Source: Ktedonobacteraceae bacterium
Lineage (GTDB): Bacteria > Chloroflexota > Ktedonobacteria > Ktedonobacterales > Ktedonobacteraceae
Direction of reading: 5' to 3'
DNA length: 58,705 nt
Assembly: GCA_035652815.1 (NCBI GenBank)
Contig: DASRDB010000020.1
Location: forward strand, 1-58,705
The first letter of the stretch is position 1, and each line of letters starts with the position of its first letter. The notes beneath the pieces are model-generated. The model ran no database searches and was not told where the DNA came from. It was given only the letters and a program-made list of their open reading frames with translations. A program made the position numbers and the translations under genes. Below, piece after piece: positions 27,958-37,143 of the stretch.

Positions 27958-29625
27958 ATGGTTGTCCATGCCGATAAAGTACGCTGGCTTTTCTGGGCGC
28001 GCTGGAAGATGTTCATGCGAGGATTTGCGCGTAACAAGGCCAGCCTGGTTGGATTTATTATTGGCCTGATCTTCGTGCTGGGATTCGCAGGCTTCGCGGC
28101 CTTTGGCACGTTCATGGCCTATCGCTCGCTTTCCGCTCCGGCCAATTCCGAGGTACTCTACCTCGTGTTAACAGCGCTGCTGCTGATCTGGATCGTCCTG
28201 CCTCTGATGGAGTACGCGGGCAATGAAGGGCTGGACCTTTCCAAGCTTTCCCTGTTTCCCCTCACTCGCGGCGAGATGATGCTCAGCCTGCTTTTCTCCT
28301 CGCTGCTCGACGTGCCGACGCTCGGCCTGATACTCATGATCGGCGCGGTGATTGCCGGGTGGGCCGTCTCTCTGCCGGTTGCCATCCTGACGTTTGTCAC
28401 CATGCTGATTTTCTACGTGCTGCTGGTTGGAGTGAGCCAGCTTATCCTGGCGCTGTTCATGCGAACGTTGCAGAGCCGCCGTTTTCGCGACTTGAGCATT
28501 ATCATCATCGCTGTCTTCTCGTCGTCCTGCTACCTTATCCAGCAGTTTGCGCTTGGCGGCACGCGCGTGCTGCATTTCTATGAAAACCTCAAAGCTGGTA
28601 ACTTTTCGCCTTACCTGCAATGGTTGCCATCTGGCTATGCCGCTCGCGCTATTCAGCAGGCCGCTCTGGGCAACTGGGGAAGCAGCCTGCTCTTTTTGGG
28701 TTTGCTGCTCGTCGCCAGCATCATAGCGCTCTACCTGTGGCAGCTTGTACTCGAGCGCAGCCTGACAGCCTCGGAAGTGGGTGGTTCAGCGCGGGCGCGA
28801 CAACGCAAGCAGCAGGTTCGCCATGTCACGTATAGCCCACCTGTTGCGACGAATACCTGGAGCAGGCTGATTTCCCCCCAGGTTCGCGCCATCACGACAA
28901 AGGATTTGAAGTACTTCTGGCGTGACCCTCAGTTGAAGGCTGTGCTTTTCCAGTCGGTAGTCTATGTTGCCATTTTTATCATTGGGCCGTTGCTCAATCC
29001 CGATACCAGCCGCCTGGGGGGAAACGACTACATCTTGTTCGTCTCGCCTCTGGTGGTGCTGCTCTTCCTGGCTACGCTCTCGCTCAACCAGCTTGGCCTG
29101 GAGAGGCAGAGTCTAACCATGACTTTCCTGTTTCCGATTGAGCCGCGCCGCCTGCTGCTGGGAAAAAATCTTGCCATCTTCCTTGTCGGGCTGGGAGAAC
29201 TGGTTTTGCTCACGGCGGTTGGCGCATTTGTCTCCCACGCCTGGGAATACGTTTTGCCTGTCGTGGTGATCGGGCTGGCCGGAATGGGCATTATGCTGGG
29301 CTGCTGCAACTTCACCTCGGTCTTCTTTCCGCAGTATGTGCGTCCCATGCAGCGCGGTTTTCGCACCACCGGCACCACCTCGCAGGCGGGTTGTCTGCGC
29401 GCCATCATGTCCCTGCTGATGATGGTTGTGGCCGCCCTGCTGGTCGCACCCGTGTTCTTTGCCATTTTTCTGCCGATGGCCAATCATGCGCAGTGGATCT
29501 GGGCCATTACCATGCCGCTCTCGCTCATCTACGGCATCGTCTTCCACCAGATTGTCACGCGCATGGTTGCGCCCCGCATCCTCGATCAGGCCCCGGAGAT
29601 TCTGGCGATTACCACACGGGAATAG
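27958..29625 (+). CDS. polytopic membrane protein (putative ABC-2-type exporter permease, ~12 TM)
   Basis: GGAGG RBS. The whole 555-aa protein is a series of hydrophobic helices; no catalytic motif. Family assignment is an inference. Confidence 0.45.
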   Translation: MVVHADKVRWLFWARWKMFMRGFARNKASLVGFIIGLIFVLGFAGFAAFGTFMAYRSLSAPANSEVLYLVLTALLLIWIVLPLMEYAGNEGLDLSKLSLFPLTRGEMMLSLLFSSLLDVPTLGLILMIGAVIAGWAVSLPVAILTFVTMLIFYVLLVGVSQLILALFMRTLQSRRFRDLSIIIIAVFSSSCYLIQQFALGGTRVLHFYENLKAGNFSPYLQWLPSGYAARAIQQAALGNWGSSLLFLGLLLVASIIALYLWQLVLERSLTASEVGGSARARQRKQQVRHVTYSPPVATNTWSRLISPQVRAITTKDLKYFWRDPQLKAVLFQSVVYVAIFIIGPLLNPDTSRLGGNDYILFVSPLVVLLFLATLSLNQLGLERQSLTMTFLFPIEPRRLLLGKNLAIFLVGLGELVLLTAVGAFVSHAWEYVLPVVVIGLAGMGIMLGCCNFTSVFFPQYVRPMQRGFRTTGTTSQAGCLRAIMSLLMMVVAALLVAPVFFAIFLPMANHAQWIWAITMPLSLIYGIVFHQIVTRMVAPRILDQAPEILAITTRE

Positions 29626-29642
29626 AAAAACATTTTTAATGC

Positions 29643-30842
29643 TCATCCTTTCTTTTTGCCAGAACCAACTGGCGGTTTTTCAGAAGTAGCAGGCGGCTTC
29701 GCTGTAGCTGTATTGGCTCGCATTCGTCTGGCGAGGAAGATCAGTGGCACGATCAACAGCACGGCTACCAGTATATAGGCCGCGATGTTGAAGACCGTTA
29801 CCCAGATCGAGACCTGCTGGGGAGTTGTGCCGAAGACCGGCGGGTAGAGGCCGGTAATGATAAAGCGGGGCGTGCCGCCGACATAGATGGTGTTGATGAT
29901 CTGCCGCCCCGGTATGTCCAGCATGGCTACGTTCCCGCCTTGTAGCGCGATAAAGCCTAGCTGCCCATCGCTGGTAATTGCCACCGAGATCGGCTCAACT
30001 CCCAGGTGGATGATGTGGTCCGGCTCGTGTGGATAGGGCGGCGCGATGGAAACAACGGGAGCCAGCACGTCTACCTGCTTATGCAATATATCCGGCACGT
30101 ACACCTGGTCGGAATAGGCATCATAATCCATTGGGCCGAACTGGCCTCCTGTGACCAGTGGTGGCAGCACTTTATGAGAACTCAGGTCTATCGCGTAGAT
30201 ACTACCCTGCCTGGTCGTGACGTAGACCATCGTGCCGGGGGGAATGGTGACATACTGCGGCCCGCCAGGAATCGTCAATTTGTCGAGCAGGCTGCTCGAA
30301 GTAAAGATGCTTAGCGAGTTAGCGGTTGTCACCCAGAGCTGGTTGCTGCTGGTGCTGGAGCCAATATTTGCGACTGCCATGCCATAGACCGGCCCATCCG
30401 TTTGCAGCGTTTGCTTGACGGCGCAGTTATTCGGGTCGAACTCCGTTATGCTGCTTGCGCCATTTCCGGCGGCGTAGAGCATGTTGCTGCCCGGGTCATA
30501 GGCCAGCAGCGATGGCTGGCCCGGCACGTTTACCGTACAGACCACCTGTCCCGTTTTGGCCGCCAGCATGGTGACGCGATTCAGAGAGGGCTGGGTGACG
30601 TAGAGAAAGCGCCCATCCAGGCTGAGGTAGATGGTATGCGGGTCGCCATCCAATGTAAACGAGTTCGTCACCTTTTGCTGCTGAATATCGATCACACTGA
30701 CCCCTTTACCTGCTCCCGCGATATATGCCAGATTGGGTGCGCCACCATCGGCATGCGCGGCTGGCGTTATCGCGAACAGATATGCCAGCGCGAATATACT
30801 GCCAATGCACAGCCGCCAGAGCGCGTTCTTTGAACGATACAT
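29643..30842 (-). CDS. YVTN/YncE-like beta-propeller repeat protein with N-terminal signal peptide and C-terminal TM anchor
   Basis: Repeats such as 'PHTIYLSLDGRFLYVTQPSLNRVTMLAAKTGQVV' and 'PSLLAYDPGSNMLYAAGNGASSITEFD'. The C-terminus 'AAYILVAVLLIVPLIFLARR' is hydrophobic. Confidence 0.55.
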   Translation of the reverse strand: MYRSKNALWRLCIGSIFALAYLFAITPAAHADGGAPNLAYIAGAGKGVSVIDIQQQKVTNSFTLDGDPHTIYLSLDGRFLYVTQPSLNRVTMLAAKTGQVVCTVNVPGQPSLLAYDPGSNMLYAAGNGASSITEFDPNNCAVKQTLQTDGPVYGMAVANIGSSTSSNQLWVTTANSLSIFTSSSLLDKLTIPGGPQYVTIPPGTMVYVTTRQGSIYAIDLSSHKVLPPLVTGGQFGPMDYDAYSDQVYVPDILHKQVDVLAPVVSIAPPYPHEPDHIIHLGVEPISVAITSDGQLGFIALQGGNVAMLDIPGRQIINTIYVGGTPRFIITGLYPPVFGTTPQQVSIWVTVFNIAAYILVAVLLIVPLIFLARRMRANTATAKPPATSEKPPVGSGKKKG

Positions 30843-30862
30843 TGCCTTTCATCCTTCAATTT

Positions 30863-31927
30863 CTATGCTGGGGGCGTGATCGATGTCCAATTCTTGCCAT
30901 CCTGGCTTAATCGGTATACCTCAGTTGGATAGGAGAGCGAGAGGTAGACCACTGATGGGTTGTTGAGATCAACGGCGAGGTTGCCCAGGTTGCCCTGAAT
31001 ATGTGGAAGCGATTGCCAGCTATGTCCACCGTCGGTGCTGCGATAAATGGCGGTTCCTGTTTTGCCATATATCACCTGCGGCTGTTGTGGCGAAACTGTC
31101 AGCGAAAAGTACGCGGATTGCGAATAGACCTGCTTGAAGCTTGCCCCGCTATCCTGTGAGACATAAACCCCGGCGTCTCCAGAGGCATAAATGGGGCTAT
31201 GCGGTCCCGCCGTCACCACATCCTCGATGCCCCCTTGAATGTTCTTATAGACCTGCCAGTGTATGCCGCCATCGGTGCTGCTCGCCAGACCCTGGCTGCT
31301 ATAAATAAGCAGGTGTCCGGGAGCGCCGGGGATTGCCAATATGCCAAAGATGGTATCGAATGGCAATTGCCCCGTACTTGAAAAGTGCTGTCCATCATCC
31401 AGGCTGCGCCGCAGACCCAGCGACCCCAACTCTGAGAGGTAGATATACACTTCGTCTGGCGTGTCGTTACCGGCTGCTGCCGTAAAGATCGAGCTTGCTG
31501 AGACACTCGAAGCTGCAATCGCCATTTTCCATGTGCGCCCCTGGTCCGCGCTGGTATACAGTCCAACTACGCCCTTATGATTGGCCAGGGCGGGCAGCGT
31601 CAGGACATACAAACGCTGTGGATTCACCGGACTGACTGAAAGGGCGTAGGTCATCAGGCCATCCATCAACTGCCCAGGTCCCGCCGCTACCTCCTGCCAG
31701 CTTGCGCCATCGTCTTGCGAGCGAAACAGGCCGTAGTGAGTTGCCAGCACCAGCACTTGAGGCGGCAGCATGAGCATCGCATGAACATGGTTGGCTGCTG
31801 TGCCGAAGCCATTTACCTTTACAGGCGTTGGTGTGGCATTGCCCTGATTCCCTCCTGTATCACTACTGCATGACGCAATTACCATTGCCAGCATGGCGAG
31901 TATTATCACCAATTTGAAGTGTTTCAT
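30863..31927 (-). CDS. lipoprotein with BNR/Asp-box repeats (Ycf48/glycosyl-hydrolase-like beta-propeller)
   Basis: Lipobox 'VIASCSS'. Repeats 'SQDDGASWQ', 'SADQGRTWK', 'STDGGIHWQ', 'SQDSGASFK', 'STDGGHSWQ'. Confidence 0.6.
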   Translation of the reverse strand: MKHFKLVIILAMLAMVIASCSSDTGGNQGNATPTPVKVNGFGTAANHVHAMLMLPPQVLVLATHYGLFRSQDDGASWQEVAAGPGQLMDGLMTYALSVSPVNPQRLYVLTLPALANHKGVVGLYTSADQGRTWKMAIAASSVSASSIFTAAAGNDTPDEVYIYLSELGSLGLRRSLDDGQHFSSTGQLPFDTIFGILAIPGAPGHLLIYSSQGLASSTDGGIHWQVYKNIQGGIEDVVTAGPHSPIYASGDAGVYVSQDSGASFKQVYSQSAYFSLTVSPQQPQVIYGKTGTAIYRSTDGGHSWQSLPHIQGNLGNLAVDLNNPSVVYLSLSYPTEVYRLSQDGKNWTSITPPA

Positions 31928-32007
31928 CGTTATTCACCTGAGTTAAAAGTCCTCGCTATGATACCATAACCTTCTAGAACTGGCATCATCGTATTTTTCA
32001 TTCTCTT

Positions 32008-32278
32008 GTAGGGACGCGATTCATCGCGTCCAACCCCGCCTGTGGTGCATGCCGATACGCCGAGGTGGACGCGATTCATCGCGTCCAACCCCGCCTGTGG
32101 TGCATGCCGATACGCCGAGGTGGACGCGATGAATCGCGTCCCTACAGAAAAACCCGATTCTTTGGTCAAAATGCATACGCCTGTAGTGCGTGCCGATACG
32201 CCGAGGTGGACGCGATGAATCGCGTCCCTACAGAAAAACCCGATTCTTTGGTCAAAATGCATAATCGCGTCCCTACAG
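32008..32278. repeat. tandem array (units of ~55 bp x2 and ~85 bp x2), each unit starting with the palindrome ggacgcgat(t/g)(c/a)atcgcgtcc; member of a GTAGGGACGCG-palindrome family
   Basis: Read directly. Units AA then BB'. Lies between the lipoprotein start and the copCD 3' end. Confidence 0.8.
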
Positions 32279-32321
32279 CAATAGCCCCTAACATTGTCAA
32301 AGTTCATTAGAGGACAACCTT

Positions 32322-32363
32322 GTAGAGGGCGGCTTCATCGCACGATGAAGCCGCCCTCTCTAC
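32322..32363. terminator. near-perfect palindrome (17-bp stem, 3-nt loop) immediately 3' of the copC-copD stop
   Basis: agagggcggcttcatcg cac cgatgaagccgccctct. Same GTAG(A/G)GG..CG..TTCATCG theme as the repeat family above. Confidence 0.45.
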
Positions 32364-32374
32364 CATCAACCAGT

Positions 32375-34390
32375 TTAAAACGGGACGACCAGCTTGACAG
32401 TCGCTTCATGCAGCGTGTTGTCTGGAGTGCGTATCTGGATGCGAACCTGCCAGTCACCACCCATACTGAAATCGTCTGTGCCGGTGAAATGCCCTTTTCC
32501 ATCCGGCTGCAGGTTGACGTTGCTTGTACCCATGTCCATATCCAGCATGGTGTCGTACAGCGCGACGCCGACATTGGTTGTCTGTTTGCCGGTGCTGTTG
32601 TCCACTACCGTCACCGTGAAGACATTGGTGCCGAAGCGGTCTGGATTGACGTTGAGCGTAACGGTAAATTTGCCATCGGTTGTGCGCACTGTCGTCACGT
32701 AGGGCTGGTTTTTGTTGCCTTTCTGCTGCTGTTGTTGCGCCGCCGCTCCGATAGGTGTGAGCGTGCCGCCGAAGGCATTCAGCAGGCCCACGCAGACCAG
32801 CACCGCGACGCCTAACAACGGCTCCCAGCGCAGCACTCGTTCCAGGCGGCGCGTTTTCCCCGCCAACCGGTTCTCGCGCAGTTTGACTTGCTGGCTAAGC
32901 CGCCGCGTCTTGCGGTTTGTTTCAATGGTGGTCGTTGTTCCCTGCTGGCTGGCAAGGGTTGCCTGGCCTGTTACGCTGCCCTCTTCTACCTCGGCCTCCT
33001 CGACTGTCTGTAAGCGAGCCACCGCGTAGGCATATTTCTTATATTCTTTTTTCACACGCGGGCGCAGGATGCCGACGTGATACGCGCTCGTCACCAGCAG
33101 CGCGCCGACCAGCAGGATTTTTACTGCCAGCGTGCGCCCGTAGGCAGTGTCAATGAACTGGCTCCAGGAAGTCATGTGGAAGGTGGCGCTGAACGGCCCG
33201 GTAATAGCCATGATTATCACACCTGCAATTGCCAGGGGAGAAAAGTATGGCAGGACGGTTGCCAGCGAACGCGCTCGTTCTCCTAGCGAATGCTTGCCCA
33301 ATACCGGCAGGTAGGTGGTGGCGATATAGAACATGCCGCCAACCCAGAGCGCCGCCGCCATCAGGTGCAGCCAGTTCACAATGATCGCGAACGCCAGAAT
33401 ATTGCTGCTGACCGCCGCCGCGTGGCTTGACATCGTGATGGCAATGAACAGCAGGCAGCCGAGTAGCAAATTTACAAGCGGCAAAGCTGAATTAACCGCG
33501 ACTGGCCGTCGCTTGCTAAAGAGCATGTAGAGCGTGATGGCAATGGCCAGCAAAACGATTATTTCACGCGCCATCCAGTAGAAGCCGAAGCGCCCGCTCG
33601 TTGCCAATCCTATGAGTGTGTTGGGTGCGAATGCCGAAGAGACATCCCCGCCTGTCAGGTTCAGTGCCTGCCCGAAGATGACGCCGATGTTTGCCAGCAG
33701 GATCACAAGCAGCGTGGGGAGCGAGAATTTGCGCTCGAAGCGGCGCTGTACTTCCTCGTTGATCGAGCGTTCCTCCTGGTGCTTCTCAGAAGAGAGCGCG
33801 AGAACGAAGTTGAGCCAGAGCTGCGCGCCCATCCAGAAGACTGCGCCCAGCTCGACCAGCGTTACCATAATCAGGTTGACCAGTGTTGGCCCGTCGATCT
33901 GGCCCGTGTATAATCCGGTCAGGTTGCCGCCACCGAGGACATTCGCGCCTGGATTGGAGCCAGGATTGAGCGTTGGCACTGTGCCATCAGGATTTTTGAC
34001 GTAAAAGATAAAGGAGCCGCGCAGCACGTGTCCATCCACAGCCGAGTCGGTGCGATAAATCACTATGTAAACCGCAGGCGGCAGATTGGGCGACAGACTG
34101 ACATCCATTTCGGTGTTATCGCTGGCAGAAACATGCGCGTCGCGTTTATCCACGCGCACATTATTCGCGTTAATCACCACCGCCGTGCTGAAAGCAGGAT
34201 TTAAAGCCTCGCTGAACCACATTCTCACCTGTTTGGGTGGCGTTGATAATTGCGCGTCCTTCTCCGGGTCAGAACGCAACAAAATAGCGTGCGCGCTGGC
34301 AAGCGTCGGAAAGAGCAACATCAGCAGAAAAGCCAGCGGAACCGCCAGTTTCATCAGTTTGCCTATACGCCTTGTAAAAATGGATGCCAT
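32375..34390 (-). CDS. copper resistance CopC-CopD fusion protein (YcnJ-like) with an additional C-terminal domain
   Basis: Signal peptide, then the CopC block 'HAILLRSDPEKDAQLSTPPKQVRMWFSE'. Eight hydrophobic helices (CopD-like) follow, then a soluble C-terminal domain. Start at the ATG at 34390 (the ORF opens at 34417). Confidence 0.7.
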   Translation of the reverse strand: MASIFTRRIGKLMKLAVPLAFLLMLLFPTLASAHAILLRSDPEKDAQLSTPPKQVRMWFSEALNPAFSTAVVINANNVRVDKRDAHVSASDNTEMDVSLSPNLPPAVYIVIYRTDSAVDGHVLRGSFIFYVKNPDGTVPTLNPGSNPGANVLGGGNLTGLYTGQIDGPTLVNLIMVTLVELGAVFWMGAQLWLNFVLALSSEKHQEERSINEEVQRRFERKFSLPTLLVILLANIGVIFGQALNLTGGDVSSAFAPNTLIGLATSGRFGFYWMAREIIVLLAIAITLYMLFSKRRPVAVNSALPLVNLLLGCLLFIAITMSSHAAAVSSNILAFAIIVNWLHLMAAALWVGGMFYIATTYLPVLGKHSLGERARSLATVLPYFSPLAIAGVIIMAITGPFSATFHMTSWSQFIDTAYGRTLAVKILLVGALLVTSAYHVGILRPRVKKEYKKYAYAVARLQTVEEAEVEEGSVTGQATLASQQGTTTTIETNRKTRRLSQQVKLRENRLAGKTRRLERVLRWEPLLGVAVLVCVGLLNAFGGTLTPIGAAAQQQQQKGNKNQPYVTTVRTTDGKFTVTLNVNPDRFGTNVFTVTVVDNSTGKQTTNVGVALYDTMLDMDMGTSNVNLQPDGKGHFTGTDDFSMGGDWQVRIQIRTPDNTLHEATVKLVVPF

Positions 34391-34446
34391 CGTGTGTTTC
34401 CTATCTATCTCATCCATCTGTAGGGAAGCAATAATGCACTTTGATT

Positions 34447-34567
34447 ATGAAAGAGAGAATATGCAGGCCTGTCATCCTGAGCGCCGCGAAGGAGCTCCGT
34501 TCCCCGACGATTCGCACACCGACGCCAGAGATCCTTCGCGGCGCTCAGGATGACATTGCTGGGTAGA
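34447..34567. repeat. MITE/REP-like hairpin element, copy 6 (gccgcg core subvariant)
   Basis: atgaaagagagaatatgcaggcctgtcatcctgagcgccgcgaaggagctc ... gagatccttcgcggcgctcaggatgacattgctggg. Confidence 0.8.
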
Positions 34568-34639
34568 CCCTCTTTTTTTGTCAACATGCATCATCGCGTC
34601 CCTACAGAGTTCCATAGTTCAGTCAACAATCATCTACCT

Positions 34640-34669
34640 CTATATATTGTTACGCTATATATTGTTACG
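34640..34669. promoter_or_regulatory. perfect 15-bp tandem direct repeat (ctatatattgttacg x2) in the region upstream of copC-copD and downstream of the two-component system; candidate regulator binding site
   Basis: Read directly. Its position relative to the adjacent NarL-type regulator suggests a binding site, which is an inference. Confidence 0.3.
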
Positions 34670-34766
34670 CAAAAAAGATACCACGATTTCATCATCATTC
34701 GTTGCCAATAACCGAATCATATTGTCTGCCAATCCCTTTAGCGCGTCAAGCTTGGGCCTGAAAAGG

Positions 34767-35459
34767 CTAGTCAGGCGGGATCAGGCCGTAGCGGATGGCG
34801 AAACGCACCAGTTGCGTGATATCTTGCAGTCCCAGTTTCGTCATGATGTTTGCTCGATGCGCCTGAACCGTTTTGATGCTCAGCACCAGACGGTCCGCGA
34901 TCTCCTGGTTGGTATATCCTTCCGCGACGAGCTTCAACACCTCCAACTCGCGTGGAGTCAGGGCATCCAGTTCCGGCACGCTTTCCTGCCGGGACTGGCT
35001 GGTGGCCTTTTCTCCTTCGACAAATGTGCGTACCAGCGCCTTTGCCAGCCCTGGATAAAGAAAAGCGCCGCCGTGTGCCACCGCCAGAATCGCCATATGT
35101 AGTTCTGTAGGCGCGGCCTTTTTGACCAGGTAGCCAGCCGCGCCAGCCCGCAAAGCCGAGAGGAAATACTCTTCGCTTTCGTGCATGGTCAGAATCAGTA
35201 CCTGTGTCTCGGGATGCTCATGCCGGATAAGTTTGCAGGCTTCCAGGCCATCAATATCGGGCATGGTAATGTCCATGACTACCACGTCTGGCGAAAGATC
35301 GCGCGTTTTATGAATTGCCTCGCGCCCGGTACGAGCCTCGCCAATGACCTCGACATCTTCCTGCAAGCCGAGCAGCATCTTCAATCCCTGGCGCAGGATA
35401 TCGTGGTCATCCGCTAAAAGAATGCGCACTCCCTGTTTTTCAGCCGACATGGGTGACAT
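34767..35459 (-). CDS. two-component response regulator, NarL/FixJ (LuxR-type HTH) family
   Basis: REC 'ILLADDH', 'VVVMDITMPDIDG'. C-terminal HTH 'LTPRELEVLKLVAEGYTNQEIADRLVLSIKTVQAHRANIMTKLG'. Confidence 0.85.
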   Translation of the reverse strand: MSPMSAEKQGVRILLADDHDILRQGLKMLLGLQEDVEVIGEARTGREAIHKTRDLSPDVVVMDITMPDIDGLEACKLIRHEHPETQVLILTMHESEEYFLSALRAGAAGYLVKKAAPTELHMAILAVAHGGAFLYPGLAKALVRTFVEGEKATSQSRQESVPELDALTPRELEVLKLVAEGYTNQEIADRLVLSIKTVQAHRANIMTKLGLQDITQLVRFAIRYGLIPPD

Positions 35460-36513
35460 CTTTCACGTTTGCCAGGGGAAGTATGGCCTCGACAATTGTC
35501 CCACGCCCCTGCTCAGATGAGATGGACACTTTGCCGCCCAGCAGCGCCGCCCGTTCGCGCATGCCTGCGATACCCAGCCCGGTTTGCGTTGTATCCTTAT
35601 CATATCCCTGTCCGTTGTCCTGCACGCACAATAGAATGGAATCTGCCTGTTGTTTCAGCGAGACGGTGACATGTGTGGCCTGAGCGTGCCTCGCGGCGTT
35701 GGTCAGGCATTCTTGCGCAATGCGAAAGAGTGTCGTCTCGTAGAGTGACGCATTGTCCTGCTTGCTCAAGGTTGGCTCGATGTTATCGAGTTCGAGTTTG
35801 ACCGGCAACTTCAGGCGTTGCTGGCAGTCCTCGGCAAGCCAGCGAAATGCGGCCTGTAAGCCAAGATCATCGAGAACGCCGGGACGTAGTTGTAATGCCA
35901 GCGTGCGCACATTTTCAAGTGTGTTTTGCGCCAATTGCTCCAGGTGTTGCAGACCCCCTTGCAGGTTATCCCGCGCCCTTTGTTGGATGGCCGTCGGTGG
36001 CAGCTGTTGCAGCGTCTGGCGCAATATCTCTATGTGTACCAGCAGGGCCGTGAGGTTCTGGCTACTCTCATCGTGTAGTTCGCGGGCCAGTCTGCGCCGT
36101 TCCTCCTCCTGCGCCTGCAAAATGAGCATGGCCTGCTGCCGTCTCATAGCTTCCAGTTGATCGAGCATGGTGTTGAACGCCTGCGCCAGTTCGCCAATCT
36201 CCGAATCAGTGGGAATAATCGAAGCGCGTTTGTCGGTCTGCCCGGTACTGATGGCACGCATGGTGCGGATCAGGCTGAAGAGGGGCGAAAAGCTGGCGCG
36301 CAGCAGCACAAAGTTGATAGCGAGGGTAAATAGCGTGGTGGCGACGATAAAGGCGGTGTCGATGAGGTAGTGATGGGCCTCCAGGTTGTGGCTGGTAATC
36401 CAGAGTCCGGCCAGCGCTTCTCCCACTAAAATCAGGGTATTCACCAGGATAAGCTTCTCGAATAACGAAAGCTGCCGCTGCGTGCCGGTAGCCAGAGATG
36501 CTGTTTTAGCCAT
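35440..36513 (-). CDS. sensor histidine kinase (HisKA_3/NarX-DegS type)
   Basis: Two N-terminal TMs. H-box 'ELHDESSQNLTALLVHIE'. HATPase 'VQDNGQGYD...GLGIAGMRERAALLGGKVSISS'. Overlaps the regulator by 20 bp. Confidence 0.85.
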   Translation of the reverse strand: MAKTASLATGTQRQLSLFEKLILVNTLILVGEALAGLWITSHNLEAHHYLIDTAFIVATTLFTLAINFVLLRASFSPLFSLIRTMRAISTGQTDKRASIIPTDSEIGELAQAFNTMLDQLEAMRRQQAMLILQAQEEERRRLARELHDESSQNLTALLVHIEILRQTLQQLPPTAIQQRARDNLQGGLQHLEQLAQNTLENVRTLALQLRPGVLDDLGLQAAFRWLAEDCQQRLKLPVKLELDNIEPTLSKQDNASLYETTLFRIAQECLTNAARHAQATHVTVSLKQQADSILLCVQDNGQGYDKDTTQTGLGIAGMRERAALLGGKVSISSEQGRGTIVEAILPLANVKDVTHVG

Positions 36514-36553
36514 ATCGTTCGCTCACTTCCTCATCAACCGTTCCTTAAGTATG

Positions 36554-36665
36554 CTATGACCAAGCTGCCTCCAGATGTCATCCTGAGCGCAGCGAAGAAT
36601 CTCGGTCGCCAGGCAGGAGCGTCCCCCGCATCGGAGATTCTTCGCTGCGCTCAGGATGACATGTA
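36554..36665. repeat. MITE/REP-like hairpin element, copy 7
   Basis: ctgcctccagatgtcatcctgagcgcagcgaagaatctc ... gagattcttcgctgcgctcaggatgacatg. Confidence 0.8.
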
Positions 36666-36690
36666 AAGGTAGGGTTGTCATAGCGTGCTA

Positions 36691-37077
36691 TTATTCCACG
36701 TGTACGTATAGCGTTTCTTGCAGGTCATTAAATCCGCTGGCTCGCGCTATGATGGAAATTTCCCAGGGGCCAGCCATATCCAGTTGCATGCTGACCACAT
36801 AGTTTCCCTGGCCCATCTCTTTGACCGAGATGTGCCCGGTCGTCATCTGCATATTGGTCATCCAGGCGTCTGGAATGACTTTTGCCTGTTCGATGGGCAG
36901 TCCTTGCGGGTCGGTTAAATGCAATTCTACGGTTGTTGGCGCATTCGCCTGAAGGAATGACTGATCTATCCGTACCTGCATGGTGGCGGGTACGGATAGA
37001 TGGATGTTTGCCGCGAAGAGCAAGACACTGGCACAGGTCAGGACAAGCAAGCCCCAGAATATCGGTCGAACGCGCAT
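36691..37077 (-). CDS. small secreted/membrane-anchored protein, YtkA/FixH-like (copper-associated) domain
   Basis: Signal-anchor 'IFWGLLVLTCASVLLFAA'. Single beta-rich domain with a Met-rich stretch ('MTNMQMTTGH', 'MQLDM'). AAGGAG RBS precedes the ATG at 37077. Confidence 0.4.
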   Translation of the reverse strand: MRVRPIFWGLLVLTCASVLLFAANIHLSVPATMQVRIDQSFLQANAPTTVELHLTDPQGLPIEQAKVIPDAWMTNMQMTTGHISVKEMGQGNYVVSMQLDMAGPWEISIIARASGFNDLQETLYVHVE

Positions 37078-37143
37078 GTTGCTCCTTCTCAAAAAGAGGG
37101 AAGGCACCCGCAAGGGGATGCCTCTACAATTTGCAGTTTTGCG

